Source: Candidatus Cloacimonadales bacterium (GTDB lineage: Bacteria; Cloacimonadota; Cloacimonadia; Cloacimonadales; JAIOQZ01). Taken from it: 64,000 bases of DNA. A program made the translations under genes and the position numbers. Each line of letters starts with the position of its first letter. The first letter of the stretch is position 1. Shown in pieces: positions 36,661 to 47,487 of the stretch. The notes under the pieces are model-generated. The model searched no databases and was not told where the DNA came from. It was given only the letters and a program-made list of their open reading frames with translations. Location of the stretch: the NCBI GenBank assembly GCA_963662655.2, contig CAXXTU010000002.1, positions 1,376,001 through 1,440,000 on the forward strand. The letters run 5' to 3'.

Positions 36661-38871
36661 CTATGGTTCGGGGTAGTAGATATCTCCATCCGAGAGATCG
36701 AGCGAATCCAGAATCGCCGGATCGCGATCCAGCAGGAAATAGGTACACTCCTTATCGCTCTCCCTGTAACGGGTGGGATAGAAATTGTAGTTCAAGCTGT
36801 CCGAAAGCGGCGTAGGCTGCGTCCCCATGATGAACACCTCGTTGATTCGCTCTTCGTAGTAGTTCTTGGGGAGCAGTCCCGTACGTGCCGAAATCTCGAC
36901 GTTGATCAAACCGTCCGGACGCTTGAAGTCGAGAACGGTTCCGTCGATGACCGAATTTCCTTGCGCGTTGAGTGGGGCGTCTTTCTCTAGCGCGTACTTC
37001 ATTATGTACGGCCACGGAGGCAGCGCTGCCGAAGCGCCGGTCTGCTTCTCTCCGAGCGATGAGTTGTCGTCGAATCCTACCCAGATCCCGGCGACAAGCT
37101 CTCGATTGTAGCCGATAAACCATGCGTCGCGGTAGTCGTCGGTGGTACCCGTCTTGGCTCCTGCCGCCCAGCGATAGCCTCGCCAGCGGATTCCCGCGCC
37201 GGTGCCGCCGGGCTCCGTCACGGACTGCATCAAATTCACCATCATGTAGGCGATTTTCTCGTCCGTAACGCGGATTCGTTCAACCGACGCCTCCTCCAGG
37301 ATCGTGCCGTCGGAGTCCTCGACTCTTCGCACGAAGAACGGCGTGACTCTTTCACCCAGGTTCGGGAAGGTTGTATAGGCTGAGATCATCTCCAGCGGTT
37401 GCACCTCCATCGAACCCACGGCAAGCGAATATACAGGGATCAAAGATGTTGTGATACCGAACTGGCGCGCTTTTCGCACCACCGATCGTGGTCCGATATC
37501 GGCCAGGGTCTTAACCGAATAAACGTTACGCGACTTTCTCAAGCCGTCGCGCAGACGCGTATAGCCAAAATGGTCTTCGGTGTAATTGTGTGGCGCCCAG
37601 AAAACCGAATCACCCTGAATGAAATACACCGGCTTGTCGTCGATAACCGTTGCAGCGGTGTATCCCTTCTCGAGCGCGGTTGTGTAGATGATCGGCTTGA
37701 AGGACGATCCCGGGGGACGCCGGGCGTGAACCATGCGGTTGAACTTGCTGTGATTGAAGTTCCTCCCGCCGATCATCACGCGGACAGCTCCCGTTTCCGC
37801 GTCCATAACAATCGAACCGCCCTGAACATAGGGCGTTACGATGTCCGTGGTGTCGCGGGGGAAATCGTTGTACTTCACTTCGTATTCGTTCTTTTCTTCG
37901 AACTCGATCAAATGCTTGTTCAACGCCGAATCGGCGTAGCGCGTCAGATCGATGTCGAGGGTGGTGTATATGCTCAAACCGCCGGCAAAAAGCTTGGTCG
38001 TGCCGTAACGGTCTTCCAGAATCTTGCGTATGTATTCGATGAAATAGTCGTCCGCGCTGCGGTTGGCCTTGTCGTGGTACAGATTCAGGGGCTCGTTTAC
38101 GTATTGATCGAAATCATCCCCAGTGATGAAGCCCTCGTCCCGCATCCGCATCAGCACCACGTTACGACGCTGGACAGCCCTCTCGGGATGCCGGGTGGGA
38201 TCGTATCTTCCGGGCAACTGCGTGATCCCGACGATCAGCGCGGCCTCGGGAACCGTCAACTCGACGGGCTTCTTGTTGAAGTAGATCATCGCGGCAGATG
38301 ATACTCCGTAGATACCGATTCCGAAAGGAACCTTGTTGAAATAAAGCTCGAGAATCTCGTCCTTGGAATACATCTTCTCGATCTGCACGGCGAGAAGCGC
38401 TTCTTTGACCTTGCGTGGAATCGTTTTGTCCAGCGTCAGGAAGAGGTTCCGCGAAAGTTGCTGGGAGATCGTGCTCGCACCTTGCGAAAAATCGAAATGC
38501 AGCACGTCGATGAGCAGCGCTCGGGTCAATCCATAGAGGTCGACACCCCAATGCCGGTAGAAATTGGTGTCTTCCGTAGCCAGAAGCGCATCCACCATGT
38601 AGGGCGGTATCTCGCTCAATGGAGAATAGGTGCGTCGCTCCACGGCGAAGGTGTGAATGAGGTTGTCGTTGCGATCAAACACCTTCGAGCCGATCTTGAG
38701 ATCGTAGTGCTTCAGCTCGCTCAGCGGCGGCAATTCGTCGCTGTAATAATGAAAGAGCCCGGCCAGGCAGGAGATACCGAAGATCGCCAGCGCCAGCATG
38801 ATGTAAAAAACGATGAGAACAGGCCTGAGCAGCCCTCTATCTTCACACGTCCTTTTCTTGATAATCTGCAT
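36661..38871 (-). CDS. Class A penicillin-binding protein (PBP1A family)
   Basis: EDTNFY.H.G, QGASTISQQL, RKVKE, GSSFKP, S.N, KTGTT; start could be as far as 38910. Confidence 0.94.
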   Translation of the reverse strand: MQIIKKRTCEDRGLLRPVLIVFYIMLALAIFGISCLAGLFHYYSDELPPLSELKHYDLKIGSKVFDRNDNLIHTFAVERRTYSPLSEIPPYMVDALLATEDTNFYRHWGVDLYGLTRALLIDVLHFDFSQGASTISQQLSRNLFLTLDKTIPRKVKEALLAVQIEKMYSKDEILELYFNKVPFGIGIYGVSSAAMIYFNKKPVELTVPEAALIVGITQLPGRYDPTRHPERAVQRRNVVLMRMRDEGFITGDDFDQYVNEPLNLYHDKANRSADDYFIEYIRKILEDRYGTTKLFAGGLSIYTTLDIDLTRYADSALNKHLIEFEEKNEYEVKYNDFPRDTTDIVTPYVQGGSIVMDAETGAVRVMIGGRNFNHSKFNRMVHARRPPGSSFKPIIYTTALEKGYTAATVIDDKPVYFIQGDSVFWAPHNYTEDHFGYTRLRDGLRKSRNVYSVKTLADIGPRSVVRKARQFGITTSLIPVYSLAVGSMEVQPLEMISAYTTFPNLGERVTPFFVRRVEDSDGTILEEASVERIRVTDEKIAYMMVNLMQSVTEPGGTGAGIRWRGYRWAAGAKTGTTDDYRDAWFIGYNRELVAGIWVGFDDNSSLGEKQTGASAALPPWPYIMKYALEKDAPLNAQGNSVIDGTVLDFKRPDGLINVEISARTGLLPKNYYEERINEVFIMGTQPTPLSDSLNYNFYPTRYRESDKECTYFLLDRDPAILDSLDLSDGDIYYPEP

Positions 38872-39385
38872 AATACTTCCGATAAATCGTTCGATGAAAA
38901 ACCTCGACAAGGTAACCTGTTACGATTCCTGTTCCTATTCCCAATAAAATAAGTACAGGCGTCAATCGAAATATACCGTTTTCAGGAAAAATCACCAGCC
39001 GGACTACCCCCAGTTGCGCCACATTGTGGAAAACCGCGCCACCGACACTGATACCGATTACGCTGAAATTTACCGGCGAGTGAGTCAACAGAATCATGGC
39101 GAGCATGGAGCAGGTTGTCGCTCCCAGCGATACCAGAGTTGTAGGACTGAAGATCAATCCCGAAAAAACGCTTCCGAGAGCTACCTTCATGTAGCCCACG
39201 AGCACGGCTTCACGCGTATTCCTCGTGTAGATCAGAAGAACGACGGGGATGTTCGCCAACCCCAGCCTCAAAAAGGGAAGCGGCTTCGGCATCCAGCTCT
39301 CGATCGCGAACGCCGTGGCCGAAAAGGCTGTCAGAAGCGCCAGCATCACCAGATATCGCTCTCGGGGGAGTTCCCGTAATCGCAT
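38843..39385 (-). CDS. Gx transporter family (heptaprenyl diphosphate synthase component I-like) membrane protein
   Basis: IE...PKPLP.LRLGLAN, S..G.S..GA..HN.AQ. Confidence 0.85.
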   Translation of the reverse strand: MRLRELPRERYLVMLALLTAFSATAFAIESWMPKPLPFLRLGLANIPVVLLIYTRNTREAVLVGYMKVALGSVFSGLIFSPTTLVSLGATTCSMLAMILLTHSPVNFSVIGISVGGAVFHNVAQLGVVRLVIFPENGIFRLTPVLILLGIGTGIVTGYLVEVFHRTIYRKYYADYQEKDV

Positions 39386-39402
39386 GAATTTCTCCCTGAA
39401 AT

Positions 39403-39436
39403 AAAAAAAGCCGTCACGCTTTGAGCGCACGGCTTT
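39403..39436 (-). terminator. Terminator downstream of tRNA-Leu
   Basis: AAAGCCGT/ACGGCTTT stem with an A-tract on the + strand. Confidence 0.75.
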
Positions 39437-39448
39437 CATATCAATATA

Positions 39449-39535
39449 TGGTGCAGAAGGGGGGACTCGAACCCCCAAGGGCGTACGCCCACTAGACCCT
39501 GAACCTAGCGTGTTTGCCGATTTCACCACTTCTGC
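39449..39535 (-). tRNA. tRNA-Leu(CAG)
   Basis: GCAGAAGTGGTGAAATCGG...CTAGG-TTCAGGG-TCTAG, long variable arm, GTTCGAGTC, CCA. Confidence 0.97.
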
Positions 39536-39724
39536 GTTTCACTCTCTTGAATGAGCATCAAATTATTCAGCGCTGTTCCGGCGTCAAGAAAAATGTTCGA
39601 CAATTTGCAAAACTCCAGGGAGGAAACTCGCTAATCCATTCCGATGCGTAGAAATTCCTTTACAATCAGTGCGCAAAATCGCGTTTTCAATTGTGGATTT
39701 ACTGTTATCAACTTGTGGGGAAAT

Positions 39725-40231
39725 ATGAAGACTATGAGAAAACCAATGGTTGCCGTCATCGGAAGAAGCGGAGACATCGGCGAGGAACTCCACCAAACCG
39801 CCTACGATATCGGCAGGCGCCTTGCGGAAATGGGAATCGCGATCGTCTGCGGCGGGCGCGACGGCGTTATGGAAGCCGTTTGCAAAGGCGCGAAATCGGC
39901 CGACGGTACCACGATCGGCATCGCCATGAGCTACGGCACGGAGGAATCGAATCACTACGTGGATTACGTGATTCCTACAGGGCTACAATTGGCGAGAAAC
40001 GTTTGTGTCGTCTCTTCGGGAGACCTCGTTATCTCCATCGGCGGAAGCTTCGGGACACTCTCGGAAATATCCCACGCGATGAACCTCGGCAAGCAAATCG
40101 TCGGAATCCATTCATGGACGAAGCTCGAGGGATACTGCGGCACGCACGAGATCGATTCCCGCGAGAGCGTGGAACAGATCATCGCGTACGTTAAAGCATT
40201 CTACGAAGAAGCCAATCGATCGAAACAATAA
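39725..40231 (+). CDS. TIGR00725 / LOG-family protein
   Basis: VAVIG, VCGG.DGVMEAV.KGA...G.TIGI, TG...ARN, GG.FGTLSEI. Confidence 0.88.
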   Translation: MKTMRKPMVAVIGRSGDIGEELHQTAYDIGRRLAEMGIAIVCGGRDGVMEAVCKGAKSADGTTIGIAMSYGTEESNHYVDYVIPTGLQLARNVCVVSSGDLVISIGGSFGTLSEISHAMNLGKQIVGIHSWTKLEGYCGTHEIDSRESVEQIIAYVKAFYEEANRSKQ

Positions 40232-40244
40232 CGGAGCCGCACCG

Positions 40245-41870
40245 ATGTCTCGCAAACAAATCTCCGGCCGCATCGTCGATGTTGTCGCAGGCAGGATTTA
40301 CACCGGCATCCTCCATTTCGAGGAGGGAATCATCAAGAAAATCGAGCCCGTAAACAAGGTGGAGAGCCAGTATATTCTTCCCGGCCTGGTCGACGCGCAC
40401 GTCCACATCGAAAGCTCGATGTGCCTTCCCTCGGCTTTCGGAGCCGCGGCTGCATGTCACGGAACGCTGGCCGCGGTATGCGACCCTCACGAGATCGCCA
40501 ACATCCTGGGGATCGAGGGTATCGACTACATGATCGAGAACGCTTCGAAATCGCCCGTTGAATTCCACTTCGGCGCGCCATCCTGCGTCCCGGCGTCTCC
40601 CTTCGAGACCTCCGGCTCAATCCTCGATTCCGGGCAGGTTTCGCTACTGCTCGCCCGACCGGACATCGGCTACCTGAGCGAGATGATGAACTACCCGGGC
40701 GTTATCAACGGCGATCCGGAAGTCTTGCGCAAAATCGAAGCAGCCAGACGTGCCAACAAGCCAATAGACGGCCATTCTCCAGGTCTGCGAGGAGATGACC
40801 TCGCGAGGTACGTCGCCGCGGGAATAACCACGGATCACGAGACTCTGACGCTCGAAGAAGGCAGAGAGAAGATCGCCCTCGGAATGAAGGTCATCCTGCG
40901 AAGCGGAAGCGCTGCGGATAACCTGGAGGAGCTCCTTCCCCTGCTTGAGGAATCGCCCGAAATGTGCATGTTCTGCACGGACGATATTCACCCCGACGCG
41001 CTCAAACGCGGTCACATCGATCGGATCATACGCAAAGCGATTGGGGCAGGCTTCTCCCCCATGAACATCATCCGCGCCGCAACCCTCAATCCGGTTCGAC
41101 ACTACGGATTGAAGCTTGGCTTGCTTCAGGAAGGCGATCCGGCAGATTTCATCGTCGTCGACCATCTGGATTCATTCCGGGTAATCCGCTCCTACAGAAA
41201 TGGAGAAATGATCGCCGAAAATGGTCGCTACCTTCTTCCCATCCAAACCAGTCAGCCAATCAATCGATTTTCCGCCCGGGAGATTGCAACGGAGGGTCTC
41301 GAAATCCGTTCAACTTCCAAAAGGATACGCGTGATTCAGGCGATCGACCGGCAGGTTTACACCGGCAGCGATTTCGAGGCGGTCGAGGCCGACGCGCCGA
41401 TCCTTCCGAATCCCGGGCGCGATATGCTGAAACTGGTCGTGCTCAATCGCTACGTCGACGCCAAACCCGCAGTCGCTTTCGTTCGAGGCTTCGGGCTCCG
41501 GCAAGGCGCTATCGCATCGAGCATCGCGCATGACTCGCACAACATCATCGCGGTTGGGGCGGACGACGCGTCCATCTGCAGGGCCGTGAACGCCGTCATT
41601 GCACATCGCGGAGGAATCTGCGCGTCAAATGACGACGGCATCGACATTCTGCCTCTGCCTGTTGCTGGCTTGATGAGCACGAAAGGCGTGGATGAAACCG
41701 CCGCGAAATACCTGCGCCTGAGCGAGAAGGCCAGGGAAATGGGAAGCGAGCTAAGCGCTCCGTTCATGACGCTCTCGTTCATGGGGCTTACGGTGATTCC
41801 CGAACTCAAGCTGAGCGACAGAGGGCTGTTCGATGGAAAAAGCTTCAGCTTCCGCCGACTTGAAGCTTGA
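40245..41870 (+). CDS. ade: Adenine deaminase
   Basis: PGLVDAHVHIESS, DPHEIAN, PSCVPA, EMMNYPG, DGHSPG, TDHE, CTDD.HP, AHDSHN. Confidence 0.95.
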   Translation: MSRKQISGRIVDVVAGRIYTGILHFEEGIIKKIEPVNKVESQYILPGLVDAHVHIESSMCLPSAFGAAAACHGTLAAVCDPHEIANILGIEGIDYMIENASKSPVEFHFGAPSCVPASPFETSGSILDSGQVSLLLARPDIGYLSEMMNYPGVINGDPEVLRKIEAARRANKPIDGHSPGLRGDDLARYVAAGITTDHETLTLEEGREKIALGMKVILRSGSAADNLEELLPLLEESPEMCMFCTDDIHPDALKRGHIDRIIRKAIGAGFSPMNIIRAATLNPVRHYGLKLGLLQEGDPADFIVVDHLDSFRVIRSYRNGEMIAENGRYLLPIQTSQPINRFSAREIATEGLEIRSTSKRIRVIQAIDRQVYTGSDFEAVEADAPILPNPGRDMLKLVVLNRYVDAKPAVAFVRGFGLRQGAIASSIAHDSHNIIAVGADDASICRAVNAVIAHRGGICASNDDGIDILPLPVAGLMSTKGVDETAAKYLRLSEKAREMGSELSAPFMTLSFMGLTVIPELKLSDRGLFDGKSFSFRRLEA

Positions 41871-41932
41871 CCGATTTTTCGCAAAATGATATTTGCCTTG
41901 AATATAGAATAGCAACGTATATGGAGCTTAAC

Positions 41933-42694
41933 ATGTGCCAACATATAGCGGATAGCGCACAGATCGGCAAGGACACGATGCTGGGCAAAAACTGCATTGT
42001 CGAGGATGGCGTGATCATTGGAGAGGGCTGCGTGATCGGCCACAATGTCGTCATCCACAAAGATTCTCAGATCGGGTGTTTCGTCCGTATCGACGACAAC
42101 ACCATTATCGGCAAGGAACCGATGGCGTCTCCGAGGAGCATATTTCAAACGGAAAAAGAATATCGCCCCGCCAAGATTGCGGATGAATGCCTGATCGGCG
42201 CGAACGTGGTGATCTACGTTCAGTGCGAAATCGGCAGAAAGACGTTGATCGCGGACCTCGCCACGATACGCGAGAATGTATCCATCGGCGAATTCAACAT
42301 CATCGGGCGCAACGTCGCGATCGAGAATTTCGTGAAAATCGGAAACCGCAACAAGTTCGAGACCAACTGCTACATCACCGCCTATTCCGAGGTCGAAGAC
42401 TACTGCTTCGTCGCACCATGCGTTGCCACCAGCAACGACAACTACGTGGCCCGTGACAAAGAGCGCTACGAACATTTCAAAGGCGTCACGATCAAAACCG
42501 GCGGACGTATCGGCGTCAACGCCACGATCCTGCCTGGGAGAGTCATTGAGCCGGACGCACTTGTCGCCGGCGGCTCCGTTCTCACGAAAAACGCAACGCA
42601 AGAAGACATCTGGCTGGGAAGCCCTGCCAGAGCCATACGCAAAGTTCCCGACGCACAGCTATTAAAGAATAACCTGGATGCGAAAAAAGACTGA
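41933..42694 (+). CDS. Hexapeptide-repeat (LbH) sugar N-acetyltransferase
   Basis: Extensive hexapeptide repeats; IGVNATILPG, G.PAR; GGAG RBS. Confidence 0.87.
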   Translation: MCQHIADSAQIGKDTMLGKNCIVEDGVIIGEGCVIGHNVVIHKDSQIGCFVRIDDNTIIGKEPMASPRSIFQTEKEYRPAKIADECLIGANVVIYVQCEIGRKTLIADLATIRENVSIGEFNIIGRNVAIENFVKIGNRNKFETNCYITAYSEVEDYCFVAPCVATSNDNYVARDKERYEHFKGVTIKTGGRIGVNATILPGRVIEPDALVAGGSVLTKNATQEDIWLGSPARAIRKVPDAQLLKNNLDAKKD

Positions 42695-42709
42695 CTTGAA
42701 GAGGTATCA

Positions 42710-43444
42710 ATGAAACCGCTGGTAATCGTACCAACCTATAACGAAGCTGACAACATGCCTGAGCTTCTCAAGGCATTGCTCTACCTGCACGAGGACCTGA
42801 ACATCTTGATCGTTGACGACAACTCCCCCGACGGTACCGCCCAAATCGTTGAAGAGGCCATGAAGACCGAGCCAAGAATCCACATCCTCAAACGAGCCGG
42901 CAAGATGGGCCTCGGTTCCGCTTACGTGGAGGGTTTCCGCTATGCGATCAAGGAAAAATACGACCTGATCTTCCAGATGGACGCCGATTTCTCACATAAC
43001 CCGGCGATCATCCTGATGATGATGGAGATTATAGAAGATTACGACCTGGTCATCGGTTCGCGCTACATCAGCGGCATCAACGTGGTCAACTGGCCGCTTT
43101 CCCGCCTGATCCTGAGCTACATGGCCGCCAAGTACGTCCGTATCATCACCGGCATGCGCATCAAAGACCCGACAGGCGGCTTCAAATGCTTCCGTCGTGA
43201 AGTCCTGGAAACCATCGACCTGGACGGCATTTTATCCGATGGCTATTCCTTCCAGATCGAGACCAACTACCGCACCTGGCTGCACGAGTTTCGCATCAAG
43301 GAGATTCCCATCGTCTTCACGGATCGGCGCAGCGGGCAATCGAAGATGTCCAAGAAGATCATCCGCGAGGCAATCCTGGTTGTGTGGAAACTTTTATTCT
43401 ATCATCTCATCGGAAAAATTCCATGCAAGAGACACAAGAACTGA
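42710..43444 (+). CDS. Polyprenol monophosphomannose synthase (DPM1-like GT2)
   Basis: VPTYNE, VDDNSPDGT, GLGSAY, MDADFSHNP, D.TGGFKCFRR, GYSFQIE. Confidence 0.93.
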   Translation: MKPLVIVPTYNEADNMPELLKALLYLHEDLNILIVDDNSPDGTAQIVEEAMKTEPRIHILKRAGKMGLGSAYVEGFRYAIKEKYDLIFQMDADFSHNPAIILMMMEIIEDYDLVIGSRYISGINVVNWPLSRLILSYMAAKYVRIITGMRIKDPTGGFKCFRREVLETIDLDGILSDGYSFQIETNYRTWLHEFRIKEIPIVFTDRRSGQSKMSKKIIREAILVVWKLLFYHLIGKIPCKRHKN

Positions 43445-44760
43445 GCTCGGTTCTCATAGAGAAGCTGGTATTCAAGGGCTTTGGCCTGGGGCATTCGGAA
43501 GGGTACACCGTTTTTGTCATGAACGCGGTTCCCGAGGACGTCGTCGACGTCGAGGTGGTTCACAAGAAAAAAGGCGTCCTGATGTGCCGGATCACGAACT
43601 TCATCAAGGAATCGCCCCACCGAATCAATCCCGAATGCGAGGTTTTCGGCAAGTGCGGCGGCTGCGACTGGCTTAACCTCCCCTACGACATCCAGATTCT
43701 GTTCAAGCAGCAGGTGATCGAGTCCTTTTTCCAGGAGTTCGATATCCCACGGGTTTACCCGATCATTGCAGCAGAAGAACCTTACAACTACCGCAACAAA
43801 AGCTTTCTCCCGGTTTCCGGCAGCGTGAACGATCCCCATATCGGGATGTTTTCGCGCATGAGTCACGAGATCGTTCCGCACAAGAATTGCCGTATACAGC
43901 CCGAGATATTCGATCGAACGGTGGAGGTATTCAGGCAATACATGATCGCCTCCAAGGCGGAACCCTACAAGGAAGACACCCACTCCGGCATGGTGCGACA
44001 CATCGGATTGCGGTGTTCCTCATCGACCGGCGAATTCGTGTTCATCGTGGTTACGAAGAGCAAGAAACTACCCTTCACCCAGCAGCTAGTCCGCGAGATG
44101 ACGGCACACTTCCCCAAGCTCGTCGGGATCGTCCAGAACGTCAACCGCTCTCCCGGAAACACGATTCTGGGTAACGACGAGAAACTGCTCTGGGGCCGCG
44201 ACCACATCATCGAGAACATCGGCTCGAAGCGTTTTAAAATCAACTACAAATCATTCTTCCAGATCAATTCGCAGCAAACGCACACGCTCTACTCTTTTAT
44301 TTGCGATAACTCCGGCAAGAATCGCAATATCGTCGATGCGTACAGCGGTATCGGCTCCATCGGGATATACGTCAGCGAAAACGCCGAAAAAGTATTTTGC
44401 ATCGAGCGCAACAGCAGCGCCTGTGCTGACGCGGCGGAGAATGCGCGATTGAACGGCGTGAGCAACTGCGAATTCATCGAAGGCAGCGTGGAAGACGCGA
44501 TCCCGAAACTCACCGCAAACAACGGCATCGACACGATCATCTTCGATCCTCCACGGCGCGGCCTGGAGGGAGATATCATCGAATGCGTCGCCAATATTCC
44601 GCGCATCATCTACACAAGCTGCAACCCGTCCACGCAGGTGCGGGATATCCGCGAGTTCCTCAGGCGCGGGTACCGCCTTTGCAAGGTGCAGCCGTTCGAT
44701 ATGTTTCCTCACACCTACCACATCGAAAATGTGGCGATACTGGAGAAGACGGATGCGTAA
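43423..44760 (+). CDS. rlmD: 23S rRNA m5U1939 methyltransferase
   Basis: TRAM domain, C..FG.CGGC, YRNK, SFFQIN, DPPR.G, Y.SCNPST, FDMFPHT.H.E. Confidence 0.92.
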   Translation: MQETQELSSVLIEKLVFKGFGLGHSEGYTVFVMNAVPEDVVDVEVVHKKKGVLMCRITNFIKESPHRINPECEVFGKCGGCDWLNLPYDIQILFKQQVIESFFQEFDIPRVYPIIAAEEPYNYRNKSFLPVSGSVNDPHIGMFSRMSHEIVPHKNCRIQPEIFDRTVEVFRQYMIASKAEPYKEDTHSGMVRHIGLRCSSSTGEFVFIVVTKSKKLPFTQQLVREMTAHFPKLVGIVQNVNRSPGNTILGNDEKLLWGRDHIIENIGSKRFKINYKSFFQINSQQTHTLYSFICDNSGKNRNIVDAYSGIGSIGIYVSENAEKVFCIERNSSACADAAENARLNGVSNCEFIEGSVEDAIPKLTANNGIDTIIFDPPRRGLEGDIIECVANIPRIIYTSCNPSTQVRDIREFLRRGYRLCKVQPFDMFPHTYHIENVAILEKTDA

Positions 44761-45700
44761 ATTCTGTTCCATTATCATCGTGATTTCAAGCATGTTCCTG
44801 CTGATTTCATGCGATGGCTCCACCAGCGACAGCGACGTCGCCGAGTTCCAGATCAATGAAATCCTCGACGACATCGTGGAGAACTTCAACAACCACGATC
44901 TCGACGCCATCATGGCTTTTTACCATAACGATTTCCTTCACAATGGCGATAACCTGGCTTATGTTCGCTACGACTGGCAAGCACGCATGGTCGGTTACCT
45001 GACAATGGAAATTGAAGACGTCGAAGTGGAGAAAGATGGCCTGGACGCGGTCGCCAGCTTCACCATGATCCTCTCGACTTACGACGAGGATTTTTACTAT
45101 CTCGAACCGGCGGACCACGGTGACTTCTCCTATTTCCGGAAGGAGCTGACGAGTTGGGAAATCTACGGCAATCAGGAATACGATTCCAGCTCCGGCTACA
45201 AGCTCATCATCGATACCGAGCCGCAGAACGCGTCGATTTACCTGGACGACGCCTCCATGTATCAATACACCCCGGCCGTCCTGCAATCCCTGCCGGCGGG
45301 AACCTATACCCTGCGCTTGTACAAGTATGGCTACAACGAATGGCAGCAAGAGGTTAACGTTCCGCATGTTCTTGAAATCGAGCACAGCTTCGTCGCGCCC
45401 GGCTATCCCGTTCCGAAGTTCGATCTCGACAGCCCCCTAAACGGAATCAACTACAGCAGCGAAACCGTCTCGCTGGCCGGACTGCTCCGCAACAAAGCTT
45501 CCAATGGAGTCACGAACGATTTCGACGGCACGAGATACATCATGTCCCTCAACGGGCAGGAAACGATCCATCAAACCAACGGCGTTCTGGTCGAGCTGCT
45601 CCACATCCAGCCGGGAGAAAACCAGCTTCAATTGCGAGCCACCAACGCAGACGGCAACACGGGCTGGAGCAATACAATCACCTTTCAGGGAGCTTTCTGA
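44753..45700 (+). CDS. Lipoprotein with NTF2/SnoaL-like, PEGA and Ig-like domains
   Basis: Lipobox LISC; FNNHDLDAIMAFYH.DF; IDTEP.NASIYLD...TP...L.AG.Y.L.L.K.GY. Confidence 0.8.
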   Translation: MRKFCSIIIVISSMFLLISCDGSTSDSDVAEFQINEILDDIVENFNNHDLDAIMAFYHNDFLHNGDNLAYVRYDWQARMVGYLTMEIEDVEVEKDGLDAVASFTMILSTYDEDFYYLEPADHGDFSYFRKELTSWEIYGNQEYDSSSGYKLIIDTEPQNASIYLDDASMYQYTPAVLQSLPAGTYTLRLYKYGYNEWQQEVNVPHVLEIEHSFVAPGYPVPKFDLDSPLNGINYSSETVSLAGLLRNKASNGVTNDFDGTRYIMSLNGQETIHQTNGVLVELLHIQPGENQLQLRATNADGNTGWSNTITFQGAF

Positions 45701-46344
45701 TGCACAACGAGATCGCAGAGGCCAAGCAGCAGATCATCCAGTGGTTTCAGCGCATATACGATCGAAACCTGACCACCTCTTCCGGCGGCAACCTGAGCAG
45801 GAGAATCCATGACTGCGTAGTCTGCTCGCCCACCGGCAAAGACAAGGGATCGCTCAGCGAGTACGATCTCTCGGTTCTCACAATGGATGCGGGAAGCATA
45901 GAATACGAGTGCCGAAACAGCAACCAACCCACCTGCGAAATCCAGATGCACCTGGATATCTATCGTCACAACCCGAAGGCGAAGGCCATCGTTCACGCGC
46001 ACCCCGTTTTCGCTTCGCTCTTCAGCGTCATCGATACGAAGCTCCGCAACGATCTTTTTTCGGAGACATTTATCTTCATACCCCGGATCGAGTATGTTGA
46101 ATACCACCCTCCCGGAAGCATCGCTCTTGCCGAGGCGGTGGGAAAAGCATCCGAAATTTCCGACGCGCTGATTTTACGAAACCACGGCGTTGTCATCGTC
46201 GGTGAATCGCTCGATAACTGCTTCCGCAATCTCGAGGTGCTCGAACACAGTGCGAAAGCACAATTTCTTCTCATGGGCCGGCGAGACGTGAAAGCCCTTT
46301 CCTCCACGAAGTTGAGCGAACTGTCTGCGCTGTTTCACCTTTAG
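45700..46344 (+). CDS. Class II aldolase/adducin family protein
   Basis: GGNLS.R, E..MH..IY, AIVHAHP, LRNHGV. Confidence 0.92.
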   Translation: MHNEIAEAKQQIIQWFQRIYDRNLTTSSGGNLSRRIHDCVVCSPTGKDKGSLSEYDLSVLTMDAGSIEYECRNSNQPTCEIQMHLDIYRHNPKAKAIVHAHPVFASLFSVIDTKLRNDLFSETFIFIPRIEYVEYHPPGSIALAEAVGKASEISDALILRNHGVVIVGESLDNCFRNLEVLEHSAKAQFLLMGRRDVKALSSTKLSELSALFHL

Positions 46345-46587
46345 GATTTCTCCATTCCTTTCCCCGTTACGCTACTGAAAGAAAAGGCGGAAAATGCAAA
46401 ACTAACATTTGCCTGATCCGCTATTCAGCTTTATATTTATTCTAAGCACACATCTACAATGATACCATGCACATCTATTACAGTGGCATAATTGTATCAT
46501 CTGCAGAGCAAATACTAAAATTATCGGTTGACTTGATGAAACGCGAATACAATTTTTGACTTTGGTGCAAAGGGATAGGAGGAAATC

Positions 46588-47208
46588 GTGCGGAAGATCA
46601 CAAAGCATTCGGAACGAATGACAAGGAAACAGGAAAAGAAACGCAAAGCGATCATTGAATCTGCTATTGAAACCTTCTCGAAACGGGGATTTCATCGTGC
46701 AAAAATTTCTGAGATCGCCAAGCACGCGAAAGTGGCGGACGGTACCGTTTACCTTTATTTCAAAAACAAAGACGAACTTCTCATGAAGGCGTTCGAGTAC
46801 CTCTTCGAAGAAAAATTGAAAGACATCACCGAGAAGGTCAACCAGGAAGATAGTCCCGCGGCAAGGCTTGACAAGTTCTTCGATTTGCACATCGAATTAT
46901 TCACAGCAAATCCACATATCGCCAGATTCATGTCGGTCGAACTTCGCCAGAGCCCCGAGTTTTATGGCCGCTATCCAAAATACTGGCCGCTTCAAGGTTA
47001 TTTGAATTTCTTGCATCAGCTATGTTCGGATGCAGTGGAAGCGAAGGTGATTCGACCCATCGATACCCATGCGCTCACATATATTATTTTCGGAACGGTA
47101 GATTTTATTCTCACACTTTGGACGGTACATCGCGACAATGTATCGCTCGAAGCGCTCAAGAAGCAAATCATCGATATCATTCGCTACGGTACTCGTGATA
47201 AAGTATAA
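46588..47208 (+). CDS. TetR/AcrR family regulator
   Basis: AGGAGG RBS; F...GFH...ISEIA..A.VADGTVYLYFKNKDELL. Confidence 0.93.
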   Translation: MRKITKHSERMTRKQEKKRKAIIESAIETFSKRGFHRAKISEIAKHAKVADGTVYLYFKNKDELLMKAFEYLFEEKLKDITEKVNQEDSPAARLDKFFDLHIELFTANPHIARFMSVELRQSPEFYGRYPKYWPLQGYLNFLHQLCSDAVEAKVIRPIDTHALTYIIFGTVDFILTLWTVHRDNVSLEALKKQIIDIIRYGTRDKV

Positions 47209-47283
47209 TATTTCACTTGACACGAAAACCATTGGATTCCAGATTGATACGATGTAATTTTTAACAGAAAGGAGGTGATGTTC

Positions 47284-47487
47284 GTGCCTACAGTATTCCA
47301 TCGCGAAGGTGAACCCTTTGAAGTGATGCTGAAGAAGTTTAAGAAAAAATGCGAAAAGGCTTCGATACTCTCTGATATCAAGAAGCACCAGGTTTTCGAA
47401 AAACCGAGTGATAAAAGAAAACGTAAAATCAACGCCGCTCGCAGAAAACTTCTCAAAGCTCTGCGGAAAAAGGAACGTTACTCCTGA
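47284..47487 (+). CDS. rpsU: 30S ribosomal protein S21
   Basis: E.FE..LKKFKKKCEK..IL..IKK..FEKPS..RKRK..AAR; GGAGGTG RBS. Confidence 0.95.
   Translation: MPTVFHREGEPFEVMLKKFKKKCEKASILSDIKKHQVFEKPSDKRKRKINAARRKLLKALRKKERYS

Noticed and set aside
46440..46500. Imperfect hairpin and repeated CACATCTA upstream of the TetR gene
   Set aside because: Too weak in AT-rich DNA to call an operator or riboswitch
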